Below are positions 34,891 to 47,789 of a stretch of DNA of 64,000 nucleotides, piece after piece. This DNA comes from Dicyema japonicum (Eukaryota; Animalia; Dicyemida). The DNA lies in contig RDEW01000032.1 in the NCBI GenBank assembly GCA_011109175.1, forward strand, positions 527,334 through 591,333, written 5' to 3'. Each line of letters begins with the position of its first letter. The first letter of the stretch is position 1. Below the pieces are notes generated by a model. That model ran no database searches and was not told where the DNA came from. It worked only from the letters and a program-made list of their open reading frames with translations. A program made the position numbers and the translations under genes.

Positions 34891-35183
34891 AAAAATTGTT
34901 ATATTGTCGTGTTGTGTTGATTTTCTCCTATTGAGATTTTTCTCCTATTCTTGACTTTCACCTATTGTGATTCAGTGGAATGTTACTCGAAAAGTCATCT
35001 TTCAATTGCTCTGGCTGCAACATGAGCGATTTGAGAAAAATTGTTATAATGTCGTGTTGTGTTGATTTTTGCCTATTGAGATTATTCCCTTATTCTTGAC
35101 TTTCACCTATTGTGATTCAGTGGAATGTTACTCGAAAAGTCATCGTCCAATTGCTCTGCCTGCAACATGAGCAATTTGAGAAA
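34891..35183 (+). repeat. About 145-bp imperfect tandem duplication at the 5' end of a CRE element
   Basis: Units start near 34891 and 35036 with several substitutions. Confidence 0.85.
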
Positions 35184-35790
35184 GTTCGGAATTTTTTGTT
35201 CGGCCTGTGCATACTTCTTTCACCTCGGATGTTTGAAGCTCTCTCAGGCCTCCATCCGCGCCCTCGGGATATGGCAGGAGAAGACCTTTCCCAATTGGAT
35301 CCAGATTCGCTACTCAAACTTATCAATGAACGCCGTTCATCGAGGAGTATCCCGGTGAAGATCCCAAAAGCAGCACGTCCCCTAGCTGCCGAAGCCTTAA
35401 CTAAAGCAATCGACGATGCTCTCCACTCCGACTCTATAAACGAATGAGTACGTTTGTTTAATTTTGCTCCTTTCACACTTGGCTCTCCACGAGATCGCAA
35501 TGGGAAACAGTCTTTCTCAATTGAAATGAAGAATAACATCCGCGCATTTATGTATGGAACTCACTATACTGACCTCACGTCCTTTTGCATCCGTTCAACT
35601 GAGACTCGGGTTCAACTCGGGGAACTGAGATTTTTCGCCTAAGAAAGACTGTACAATTGCTTTATGGTTATCTACGTCATTCTTGTCAAATCCTTACTTC
35701 CCAGTCAAGTTGAAGTCAAAGTTCGTCTTGGATGTGAGGCAGCCGTTCACTCCGTCAGGACATTCATGAACCGCAGCATTCAAGACNCAT
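35110..35790 (+). mobile_element. CRE-type element 5' region with PHD-like finger, internally deleted
   Basis: CSAC-x11-CSAC-x4-H-x2-C..W, then IPKAAR..AAEALTKAIDD..LFNFA..L, then LPSQV.V.VRLGCEAAVHSVR. Confidence 0.8.
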
Positions 35791-35816
35791 TAAGTGAACT
35801 ATCTGGATTTTGTCTA

Positions 35817-36388
35817 GCACCGATGAAAATACGGAGTTCAATATTTTATATTACAATCTATTTTATGAATTTAACAATTATTTGCATCAATCAATTTTAA
35901 TGATTTTAAAATAGAGTTGCTTTTATGTTTCACTAAAGAACTAGATAGTCTTTTTTTTAATTCGTCATTAAAAAATAATGAATAAATTTGTTAAAATGTT
36001 AAAATAAATTTAATAATATATTTTTATTTTTTTTTTGAAATTAAATTTTTTTTTAACAATTAAACAAATATCAGTTGAGGAAGCCTGCTGCGTGGATTGN
36101 GCACCGATGAAAATACGGAGTTCAATATTTTATATTACAATCTATTTTATGAATATAACATTTATTTGCATCAATCAATTTTAATGATTTTAAAATAGAG
36201 TTGCTTTTATGTTTCACTAAAGAACTAGATAGTCTTTTTTTTAATTCGTCATTAAAAAATAATGAATAAATTTGTTAAAATGTTAAAATAAATTTAATAA
36301 TATATTTATTTTTTATTTTTTTTTGAAATTAAATTTTTTTTTTAACAATTAAACAAATATCAGTTGAGGAAGCCTGCTGCGTGGATTG
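35817..36388. repeat. About 285-bp near-identical duplication joined at an N (probable assembly overlap)
   Basis: Copies at 35817-36099 and 36101-36388 are separated by a single N at 36100. Confidence 0.8.
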
Positions 36389-36515
36389 CGAACGAGTTCC
36401 CTCGGAGTATGGCTATTCCAATCTTTTGTCTTAGCCATAACCCTTCTCGTTGATCCCTTTTCTTTCTGGCAAGCAATCCTCCGAGTTCTTGCAAGAATTC
36501 AGCCGTCATTGGACC
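36360..36515 (-). mobile_element. CRE-type 3' end
   Basis: WLRQKIGIAILRGNSFAIHAAGFLN*; closely matches 45780-45950. Confidence 0.85.
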
Positions 36516-36785
36516 AACGGCTCATTAAGATTCTTCATTTACTTTTCAGTTATTAATAATTTTTTTTTTTTAATTTCTAATAAATTATTACGCAGCATTG
36601 CAAGAATTAATAATCCAATATTTCCGTATTTTAAAAGATCTCTGTTGCAATCGTGAGAGACAACGCAACGTCGATAATGTCGGCGGGGTCCACTTTGGAT
36701 AGAAGGCAGTTTTAAATATGATTTACTGTAAATATGGTTTTCTGATTTAAATAAATTTCATGTTCTTCAATATGATTTTTCGCAA

Positions 36786-38085
36786 ATAACAGATAACATG
36801 ATTTATTCGCAAAACCCCAACTAACTAAACAAGGTAAGAGCCATTAACTAAAGAGGAAAGCCAAGATTAGGGGTCGTCTATATCGGGGCACTCTCATGAG
36901 ACACCGCATGTCTCTTCTCCGTAAAAAGCCCCAATTACAATGCGAGTTTCCACAAGCAATGTAATAAATCACCGATTCTTCTCGTTTTTCTTTCGTATTC
37001 GTCATTAATTTCAGATGCTAAATCCAATCCATGTGCTTCAATTTAGTTTCGTTTATAATTAGAACTTTCATCTGGATCGTGCTGGCTATAGCAACCAGCA
37101 CTGAGGCCCGTTTCCGAAGAGAACGGGCATTAATCAGAGTTATCCTGACTACTTCTGGTTTTTTCGGTGGCTGCCCTCTCTTCTTAAGAGCACCACTCTC
37201 TTCTCTGTGTTGAAGCTTCTACTGTTTCTTTTTTAGAAGGTTTCTTATTATATGTCGTATTCCAGCCAGTCTGCCCATACATTCTAAACTCTGACTTTAA
37301 TTTCTTATTCGTTCCAATTTTGGAAACTTCACTTTCTCCATTATGGGCATTTTCTCTCTTTTCTGTGTTGAAGCTTCTACTGTTTCTTTTTTAGAAGGTT
37401 TCTTATTATATGTCGTATTCCAGCCAGTTTTAATTTCTTATTAGTTCCAATTTTGGAAACTTCACTTTCTCCATTATGGGCATTTTCTCTCTTTTCTGTG
37501 TTGAAGCTTCTACTGTTTCTTTTTTAGAAGGTTTCTTATTATATGTCGTATTCCAGCCAGTTTTAATTTCTTATTAGTTCCAATTTTGGAAACTTCACTT
37601 TCTCCATTATGGGCATTTTCTCGTTTTAGAAATAATTTTCCATTCGATTCTTTCCTTTTTTGGTCAATTTTGTTTTTCTTCGCAATGTTAGCTTCAACAG
37701 CCTTGGGGCATCTTCCATAATTGGCAAAGTGGGTGGATGAACCACAATTCAACACGACTTATTATTGTTTGTAACCTGACACTGCGATCTTCTATGTGGC
37801 CTGAACAAACATCTTTTAACATATTTCTGGATGAACCACAATTCAACACGACTTATTATTGTTTGTAACCTGACACTGCGATCTTCTATGTGGCCTGAAC
37901 AAACATCTTTTAACATATTTCCATTAGGCCTGCAGTATGTTTCTCAACCTCGTTTTATATTCCTTCGTCTTGTAGCACCAGTGGCACCACTTATTCATCA
38001 GTGGCATCACAACGACGAGCTGAATCAACCTTACCCAATAGACGTCCAATGCCTGAACGGCATTGAGAATGATCAATCTCAACGC
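36786..38085 (-). mobile_element. Second copy of the non-autonomous LINE derivative, with internal tandem expansions
   Basis: Colinear with 20634-21455 including the same ORF2 deletion; three ~133-bp units (37204-37620), two 94-bp units (37734-37921), and a TGTTATCTGTTAT tail. Confidence 0.85.
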
Positions 38086-38289
38086 CATGTTTCAAAATCT
38101 TGAAATTAGATAAATGATCAAATAAATAAAATAATCAGTTAATTTATCCCCAGTAAAGCATATTTAAAACTGCCATCCATCCAAAGTGGACCTCGCGATG
38201 AAATTTAAGTCTATATATTTTTTTTGTATTTATTAAAAACAGTTTTAAAAAAGTAAATTAATTTCATAAATAATAATAATAAATTAAAC

Positions 38290-38900
38290 AATGCACAAGT
38301 TTCTCAGCACTGTGATTGTTTTGACTGAAATTCTCATGCTTTTCAATACAAAAAGTCAACATCTTAAGAGCCGTCATCTTTCACGTCCTTCTGAAAGTAG
38401 CAAACCTCTCAGTCTCCAGATAAAAGACAATGACTTCCTGTTCATCCTTCCAGTCATCTCTACAACAACGAATCTAAAAAATGTGTTTGGAAAATTATTT
38501 TTAAATAGAAAACGAGGAGGCACGTAGTAAATGCTGCTAAGTGATTGAAGATTTCTCTTCCTTACTTCTGATGACGTCATCTCATCAACTTTACCCAATA
38601 GACGTCCAATGCCTGAACGGCATTCAGAATAATCAATCGTTTCACTTTACCGGGAGACAAATCCGTTTCCTGTGACAAGTGCTGGCTTCGACCTCGGCTT
38701 CTGATGATGAAAGTTTTGAGATCGAATCTAAGTATAAAGGCAATCTTTGCGAAATTACAGATAGCAAGGATATGTTAATGGCCTGAAATAGGGGTATATT
38801 ACCGCGCAACGAAAACGGAGAAGTCCGTGTTTGATTTCTTTTCACGGTGACCATTTGATTTGAAACGTGGAGAAGTGCTTCAGATGCCCATAATTGTTCG
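38290..38900 (-). mobile_element. Upstream ORF1 region of the same LINE family
   Basis: A ~55-bp segment (GIGRLLGKVD) is shared by 38583-38640 and 38025-38085; ORFs 38374-38598 and 38642-38854. Confidence 0.5.
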
Positions 38901-39334
38901 AACTGATAAAAAAATAAGTTTATTAATAATTGTTAAACAACCAATACAACGTGCATCATTTGGTAGTAGCTCAGACTTGACGCTATTTCCTCTCAATTAT
39001 TGCGAGTGAGATTCTCAAAAACTGTCAGCAGCGCTCGCGGAAATTTTTATTGCGAGTAGAAATCCGATTCCTTAGTCTATAGAGGAATTCGAGTGTCGAA
39101 AGTCAAAGGAACTGGATATTTTAACTTTGAAAAAATATAAAAATTTAGACTAGCTGGAAAAAAAGCATTCAACGTTACAGATCGATTGACTTATAGGAAA
39201 TACTTTTCTACAATGCCTCTGGATTCTCTAATCCATAAAAACCGAGTAGCGTACCTGTTCAACTATGAGCATCACATAAGTGCATATGTGGGATCGACGG
39301 AGTGATCATCGTTCTAAGATGATGCCTCTGTTGG

Positions 39335-40235
39335 AGCTTATTGAAATTTGCAGTTATTCTTCACACGTGCCAGTTTCATCTAGCCCTTTAATTCTCCAAG
39401 ATCTCCCATGCATTTCTTGTAAGCCAATATTTTTCTTTATTTAAAACTCCATAGCCGACAACAACAACTTCATGATTATATTTCAAACTTTAACAATTTT
39501 TGAAGTCGAATATTCCTGAAATGTTTCAATTATATTTACCGCCATTGTAACGTAGAAAACCTACTACGGAACCCGCAGCCCTGACACTAACAGAAACAAA
39601 AGTCACGAGAGCATGTAAAAGCATTTTTTCATCTCCATTTTAATCGCCTCATATCCAGTCAAATTAAGTATTTATTTACCTTCATAATAATTTGTCTAAG
39701 GATTACTTTCCCCACATATGGATAACGATTTCTTGAGTTCTCAGTTTCTTCTTACCATAACCATTAAAACGAAAGTCCTCCACCGTATCCGTGCTAATTT
39801 AACAGTCAACCACATTTTGTTTATAGATATTAGTATATTGTGTTTGATCGCATAATGCGACTCCAACGTAGCCAACTAAATACATTAAACAGTCGCTCAC
39901 TGAAAAAAATGCATGCATGAGCCACACATATTTCCTTGCTCTTTTATGCCAGTGACACGATTTTGACTTACCCAACTAAAAATGTAGGATATCTTACTTC
40001 ATCAGTATTAGTCGTGTAATCTTCAAGTAATTCATCATCGTACGTATCATAAGAATCATATAAATTGAATTTGTTTGGTTTGCTGATTTCATTTGTCTAC
40101 AATACATATTGTGAGGTAACCATGTCAGCGAATTGATTTATCCCCAATTCATACAAAAATGAAAATTAGGCTGACCATTTGAATTAATTCCGTTAATTTT
40201 TTATTAAAATAATTTATCAAATATTAATATTTTTT
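39335..40235 (-). pseudogene. Intronless papain-family (C1A) cathepsin L-like cysteine protease pseudogene
   Basis: I29 propeptide GINQFAD (40124-40144); VTGIKEQGNMCGSC (catalytic Cys 39915-17); LESHYAIK, QNVVDC, YPYVG, GDE..L.HA, YNGG; NHEVVVVGYG (His 39472-74); YWLTRNAW (Asn 39412-14); LAR..NNC. Multiple stops and frameshifts. Confidence 0.9.
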
Positions 40236-41264
40236 ATATCAAAAAAATTTACCGACATTTTCCGCTTCCGACATAATAGCCGCTGTTCTTTTACAAGTTA
40301 GTGAGGCTGAGGCATCACAAGTAACAAACTAAAACGATTCTTTATTTGTTCACATTCTGAAATACTGAAGTGATGGACACAATGTAGCATCTGATTGTAT
40401 TAATTGTTTTTTGTGTTTAAAAAATATTTTTGTTTAGTTACTTGTCGTTGTGCTTTGGTCGTTTTGTTTAGCCAAGGATCCGATTCCTACATAACTTCAA
40501 TTTCTAGCAGTGTCGCCTAACTCGGTATATTTAATTTTGAATAAACATCATTATGGTTCACGATCTTTAGGTGATTCTTTAGATAACTCCAGTGAGACTG
40601 AATTTTCAGGTAACTACGATTTTCTTTTGGAATATCGTTTAGCTTTATTTCAGGGGTGGAATAGGGTACATAGATCCCGTATAGCTGCTCGAGAATAAAG
40701 AGTTTATTCAAGGAGTTTATCCAAAATTGGTTAAGTAAAAGTTAGGCTTACGATTAATGGTGTTACGGAGGGGCTCTTGTTCTTGGAGTTAGCGTTTTTG
40801 GTCATAGAGTTGGGATCTTGATTTTTAAGATTAATGATATTTGTTTTTAAGGTTTTGTCATCGGTCGAGGGTTAGGGCTGATTTATAACAACCTATATAA
40901 GATTATTTCGATTAAATTATAAATTGTAACTAAGGCAACGAAAAAGTTTCCCTTAAAATCAAAAAATTGACTTTCAAAATTTGACCTAATAGATTTGGCT
41001 AAAAATTAAAAGTAGATTTAATTTTTATTTGTTAAAACACAAAATTAATAATTTTTACATTTTCGGGTTGGAGATTTCTATCTTTTGTTAAAATCTTTTG
41101 AAGAATGAGCTCTCAACTTCACAGGATGTTGCCGGTATTCCATACACAATCAAAGGGAGAAATTAATACCAATTTATTTCACAAATGCTGCCTTAATTTC
41201 ATTTTTTTGCATACGAATTTCCAACTTTCAAGAATCTTCTTTATATCAGTATTATTTAACAAAT

Positions 41265-41430
41265 AACTAGACACCTACGCATGCTCTGCGTGCACATGCT
41301 TGTCGCGAGCTTCGATTATTTGACAAACGACTTTAGTCTCTTTAGGGACCTTCCACAGCACGGACATGTATACTTATTAAAGCTCAATGGTGTATGTATA
41401 CATGTGACACGATAACTCAGGTGTCTAGTT
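41265..41430. repeat. 166-bp segment bounded by perfect 12-bp inverted repeats (MITE- or Helitron-end-like)
   Basis: AACTAGACACCT (41265) and AGGTGTCTAGTT (41419); a third ACTAGACACCT at 41791. Confidence 0.45.
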
Positions 41431-42419
41431 CTGATTAAAAGTGCTTAGGAGACTTGAAATAAGTATTATATTATTGCATTTGTAAGAAGAGTGCTTAAAT
41501 AAGACGTTTAAAAAACAAGATTTAATTGTTTTCCACATGGACTGTCTCCCATTGTCACCTATCTCCGGGAATTTCTGGTATTAGTGCCCAGAAATGATTA
41601 AAGTGGAAAGTTTTTGAAATTAGCATTGAAGGTCACGCCAATTGACAGGATGATATTGATCGAAATTTTCAGATTCAAATTCTTCATATCTGGATCACAC
41701 ACTTTTTTGGAAATGTTTCTATTTGTTCAAAACTTTTTTTAAATCATTTATCCGAGAGTTATGGTCCAAATACATACAACATTGATTAGTACTAGACACC
41801 TCTACAAGCTCCGCATCAACATGGTCTAGCTTCTGCGACCCTACGAAAGATCAGGACTCATTGGAACAGATCACTGATCGCATCGTAACGAGCCATTACC
41901 TTCAAAATGGTTCGTTTTCAATTCTGAAAGGAATCAGCCTTGACTTTAAGGAACTGTTTGTGTTTCTTAAGCAAAAAAATAAAATTATTTTTATATAAAA
42001 ATTAGAATATGTCCTTGGTAGTGTAGAAAGAAATGTAGAAAATGTTAAATATAAAAAGTGCCCGTTTTCCTTTTATGGGCGACCATTTTATTAAGAACAT
42101 TTAGCCTACGTCGCAGCCAACTAGCCAATAGACCATTTGGCCACATTATTTTCAACGTTATAATTAAATATGACACTGGAATTCTGTTTATTTTTTTTGT
42201 TGGGAATTGAAAATTTGTTTCACATACCCCAAACGACATCGTGGAGGAAGAGAAATTTGTAGAATCTGGAGGATTCAAGTGATTAAAAATTATTATTTTG
42301 GAATAAAAATAAACCAGAAAGTCAAAAAACAGTCGGATTATATTTTTTTAATCTTATCAAGCATCATGTCCATTCTACCCCCTATAGTAGAGTAGGGTTG
42401 AGAGATTCCTTATGATGCA

Positions 42420-42700
42420 GGTCTCACACGACTCCTCTTAAGATCTGAAAAAGGTACGAACCAGAACAGATCATTCGACCAGGTACGAACCGGCGTGGAA
42501 ATTGTAGCCACATCTGATTTCGACTAGTGAACAGTACTATAAGGATCGGTTTCACGAAAGCCTCATACAATCTGGGTCAGAATGATCGGCAGCTGGATGT
42601 CTTTAGATTCATTTTTTCAAAAGCTTTTGCATAGTCAGCGTAGATAACAATTTCCTTGTCGCTATGTCATTGCAGTCCCCAACAACCAAACAAAGTTTAA
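42420..42700 (-). mobile_element. CR1/L2-like RT fragment
   Basis: VIYADYAKAFEK (cf. VIYLDFAKAFDK) and a GSVL..LF remnant. Confidence 0.55.
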
Positions 42701-45009
42701 TAGTTTCCTCCAGTTTTCGCGTTCATTGATAGAGGAAATTTTAGCCTGACGGTCTGTTTCTTGTGTAATTTAAATTTTTAATTAAAAAAAATAATAAATA
42801 TAATAGAATAAATTAATAAAATTTATTAAATAAATTATGTTAATCCATTCTAGTTGTAATGTTTATTGATTAAATAAATAAATAAAATAGTGACAATGAA
42901 CCATTGGGATATTTGAAGGTAGTGATTAGTGAACTAATTAAAGAAAACATCGATGAGGTAATCTCCAAAGAAGTAATGGAGTTTTCACTGAAATCCGTTT
43001 CCCAGTAAAAATTATAATGGACATAAATCTGGATGAATATATTCAGGATGCAAACAGGCGGTTAGAAAAATCCGAGGATATGGCTTTTCAAACTTGGTAA
43101 ATCAAAAATAATAATTTCAGGCTTAAATCAGTCGAAACACGTGGAAAACGTTAAGTAAATAATAAAGGAGTAAGAGCAGGTACTCGAGGTATCGTATACA
43201 TGTCATTTTTAAGAAAATAGAGGACTTTCTAAACGGATCCTGGGTAATATTGATAATTCATCGAAGAGATCTCAACCCTACAAGAACAATCAGAAGGAAT
43301 TCAAACGGTAATAAATTACCAATATTTGCTCGAGGTTTTCATGGAACACAGGTATTTTGAACACTTATAATCTAGGGATTTGTACAGTTTTATATTTTTA
43401 TATAAAACACACATGGCTACCTAAATATTCGATGAATACACGAATAAGATGTATGTATGTATTACTCGACTGGAGGCTTCTCTCTTTGCTTTTGATGGAA
43501 GGGATGATCATTGTACCCTATATTGACAAAAACAACAAAATTATCGTATCTATTTTTTATATCTTTTAATAATTTTAAATTAAATAAATATTTAAAAAAT
43601 TATTTTTTGTTGTTAATTCATTATTATTACTATTTTTAATAGTTACCTTGAATTAAAAAGAGGAGCTGGCCAATTACTTCTGCTGTTGTTCTTAAAGTAT
43701 TGAAAGGTGACTGAATTTTATTTATTACTACTTTTTGCATATAAGTTATTAAGGGCTTTCAATTATCAATTTTAGTCTATTTTACTGTAAATTTATTATT
43801 AATGTGATCTTCATTATGCTTTTATTTCTTTATCTTTGACCCAGTGATCCTGGGGACATAATAATAATGTTATTGTGCAAATGTTTAATTTTTTATTACT
43901 AGCCTTATTATTTTAATTTGTTAGCATAACTAGGAGTGTTACTAAGGAGGAGCAATATGCTTTACTGGGTAATTATGAACGGGAATATGTCTCTTTGAAT
44001 GACTTTCAGAAATCATCATATTCCACATTACAATACAATCCCGTTATTGCTATACTTATCCATAGAAATGCACGACTAGCCACGTGGCCGGTTCCCTCGA
44101 TATTATTGGGATGCTCCTATGTTCCCAAATCATAGTGAAACTCAAACAATTTAACGACGACAGCCGACTCTACTACAGGACTGGTATCCATTGGTTTGAG
44201 TCTTAGGTACTGGCTCTCAGCCTATCAGATGTTCTGGGAAAGATTTTACAACTTTTCACTTAAAATTTGGACAGTTTGCGGAACTATGATATGCGAAGTC
44301 CTGGAATGGTAGAATGCTCCGTGAATTCCTCATTTTTCGTTATCCGACGGTGTGGAAGTTACTAGCCTTTTGACTTTTATACATAGCCGTGTGTACTCCG
44401 AGAGTTTATATGTCTACATCGACCAACTATGGACTCTGACTCACGCCCTTGTTAAGAGGATGTCGGGACAGTTCTCTAAAATGATTATCAGTTATCGCTT
44501 TCTATTAAAAACTACGACAGTCATCGCTTTCTATTAGTTTTTCCATTTTACGGTTTTTTATTTTATTTCAAATTTATTTACTAAATTTTTAAATTGTTAT
44601 ATTCATGTTATTTATTTTTATAAATTATTTTATTTTCAGTCCCATGTGACGAGCAGTAAAGAATTGCAAGTCCTCAATCAACGGATCTGTTCTTAAGTCA
44701 CCTGTGTCTTTCTATGAGTCCAATATTTTGAAAGTATGTTGAGTTTTCTCTGATTTAAGGCAACTTTGGTTTTGTTGGTGGACTATTATGTCGCGAGCGC
44801 TACTTGCAGGTATCGCATAGTTGCAAGTAGTTGCGTCATATTATACTCGATTTTACTTATTGGCTGGTCGGATGAGGGTATCTGGACATATTGCATCTGT
44901 TTATAATGTTATTGTACAGATTAAACGACAGAAAAACTTTTGACCGTATCGGGGGGTAATATGATTTATTTATATTAACATTTTTAGCTGTTATTCAATT
45001 AATTAATCA

Positions 45010-45950
45010 TGGATGGGGTGTCGGTCTAAGATCGGCTGGAGGTTGCGCACCCGGCATATCTATCGTTTTTCTCAAGCTGCAGCCATTTGATACGGCAAGT
45101 TTTTCATCACACTATTGGACTTCGCTGGAATGAGTCATTTGACGAAGCTTGTCGGAAATGGAACGGTCCGGTCTCAAAATCTCTGAAGAGACAACGAAGC
45201 AAAGTAATTGGGATAACGCCTGCTCCAAAGATTTTTAAAAAGAAGCAAATCAACATCGTCTGACTTGTTTGGTGTCAGTTTCAAGTGGAGGGAGTGGAGC
45301 ATGGCTTGGTGCAATACCTTGCCCAAACCTAGGGACTCTTTTGGACGACGATTCTTTGAGGTTTGTAATCGGACAAAGGCTAGGACTAGACGTTTGTCAG
45401 GAGCACCGATGCCGATGCAGGAAAATAGTAGATGCGAAGGGATTGCACTCGTTGTCTTGCAGAAGAAGCGCCGGAAGAGGACCACGTCACGCTGGTCAGA
45501 ACGATGTGATCGTCAGAGCTCTGATGACTCATCGTCACAGATTGACCCAGTGAGTCTCGATCGAGAAGATGGAAAAGACCTGACGTGATGACCCTCTTCC
45601 CTTACACATCGGGAAGATCTTTGGTCTGGGACGCAACTTGTGTTGACACATTTTCAATCACTAATCTTTTCAAATCGGTTCACACACCTGGAGCAGTTGC
45701 TTCGACCGCGAAAACCTAAAAATCAAGAAAAATTCTTGCTTCGGGGACCGGTACGATCTACTCCTGTTAAGGTCGAGTCATCGGGAGCCGTTGGTACAAT
45801 GACGGTTGAGTTCCTACACGAACTCGGAGGAATGCTTGCCAGAAAGAAAAGGAATCAACGAGAATGGTTATGATTGAGACAAAAGATTGGAATGGCCATA
45901 TTCCGAGGGAACTTGTTCGCGATCCACGCAGCCGGCTTCCTTAACTAACT
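45010..45950 (+). mobile_element. CRE-type element 3' half
   Basis: SGAWLGAIPCPNLGTLLDDD, CRCRKIVDAKGLHSLSC, GKRPD, VESSG; ends GFLN* TAACT. Confidence 0.9.
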
Positions 45951-47789
45951 TTGTTTTTTTGTTAAATAATTATCTTTAAAAAAATTAATCATTTTATTAT
46001 AGAAATGAACATAAACTGTAATTGTCAGCTGTCAATTCCAAGGCATTTATGATTTTTATAATAATTCTTGTGATAGAGACTATAATTTCCTCCTACGTAT
46101 CATGCTTAGAGGCAATTCCTTTCAAGATTTATATGGAAGTTCGCTCAATCAGGTTTTTTTCTTTCGGTTGTGTTTTCTCTTTTTTGATATCATTAAACTA
46201 GTTCAAAAAACGCTGATGATTCGTATTTAATAACTTGGATTAAAATCCTTCTCAAAGTTGTAAGGTAATTTGTTTTGAGCATTCTGTTCTGTAAGATATT
46301 ATAATTGAAGCTAAAAGTACCAAACCCATTTGTTGAAAGTCATATTATTCAACTGTACCACCTCATATGAGAAATTGCGAAGTGGCTAAAGAAAAGCATA
46401 GAAAACTTGAAGAATGTCATATTTACAATCCACGGATGTTACATCATATCTCATTCTCAATTAAATAATGGATCAATCAAAATGAGATATATAAATAAAA
46501 TATAACAGAGAATCATATTAACTAGAATCTCAGTTTATAACAATAGTCTTCCATATTCAATTTTGATAGACGAAATCATATCTATAAGTACTTTGACCAT
46601 ACATGAACTTTACGAGAAAAAAACAAAATCATAACTTTGTTTGAATCTTTATCATGGCATGGCAAATCAATAATTCTAAGTAATAATAGTTAAGAAAAAT
46701 ATATCAATATTCAAAAAACGGTTTTATGACACTACCTTGCTGTTACAGGAAACTCAAAACATCTGATGAATTTATCGATCATTTGATGGCATACATCCTT
46801 CTTGTTAGTAAGAGTACGTAACAGAAGACCTCTTTTAGTGCTGAACAGCTATATAAAGTTTAAAAATTATTTGAATGAAGATCAAGACTTTAATTTTTGA
46901 CGTATAAGAATTCGAATATTGTTATGATGAATCCTCTCAATATACGTGTAACCTTATTTTATTAACCCTAGGACATCAAAGAATATATAAATTCTCCTCA
47001 AGTCAATCCTCCTCTCCTGATTTATCCAATTCCTTTTTAAGGTGTCATAATGATGTTGTTCTCATATTATACTTTTGAGACTCTAGCTTTTTAAGAAGAA
47101 AGCGAATCCACATTGTCTATTCATTGAAGAACTCAGGGATGATTTCTTTTGAATCACAAGTTATATAAATCATAAGCGTTATTTTATCATCGTTTTTAAG
47201 GTAAACTACTCGTTGACGACTTTGAGAGCTCGTCTTACAATATTACTTCGAGTTCTAGAGACGGTAGTACTCTAGTGTGTCGCCTTTAGATTAAAAGCTT
47301 TTAAAAATCGCGAAAATAGAACCGAATTCTCTTCAACAAAAATTAGTTTAAATATTTATACTTCATATTCGATTTCGGGCTATTTTTTCACATCCATCTG
47401 TTCAACCAAGGTATTTTAGTTCTTTTTTCCAAAAGTAGTAAACATATAACTCAGTTCTGTGACTTTCCAAACGATCTGAGGAGAAGGATCTTTTATAATT
47501 GTTTTACTTTATGTTTTTAAAAATTCAATATGTTTCATAGTGAGTCTTGTTTTCTGTGGTTCTAATAAACGATATGGCTACATATATTCGTAATTAAAAC
47601 ATACAACACATTGCAAATACAAGTGAATAAACACAAAAGAAAAATAGCTTTCTTTATATTCTTTAATTTTTTTAACAAGTCCCAGCAAAAAGGTTCACTA
47701 TATTATTTAAATTATTTAAAATAAATTTAATTTTTTTCTGCAACAGTCTTAATACTTTTATTAAGGAAAGACAAGAGATTAAACTGTTA

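Noticed and set aside
35817-36388. About 285-bp tandem duplication as a biological repeat
   Set aside because: The junction is a single N (36100) with another N at 35787, which is typical of an unmerged contig overlap.
43630-44020. Hydrophobic frames resembling a NUMT or a membrane glycosyltransferase
   Set aside because: No diagnostic motif, and TAA/TAG stops remain even if TGA is read as Trp; AT-rich DNA alone yields such hydrophobic translations.
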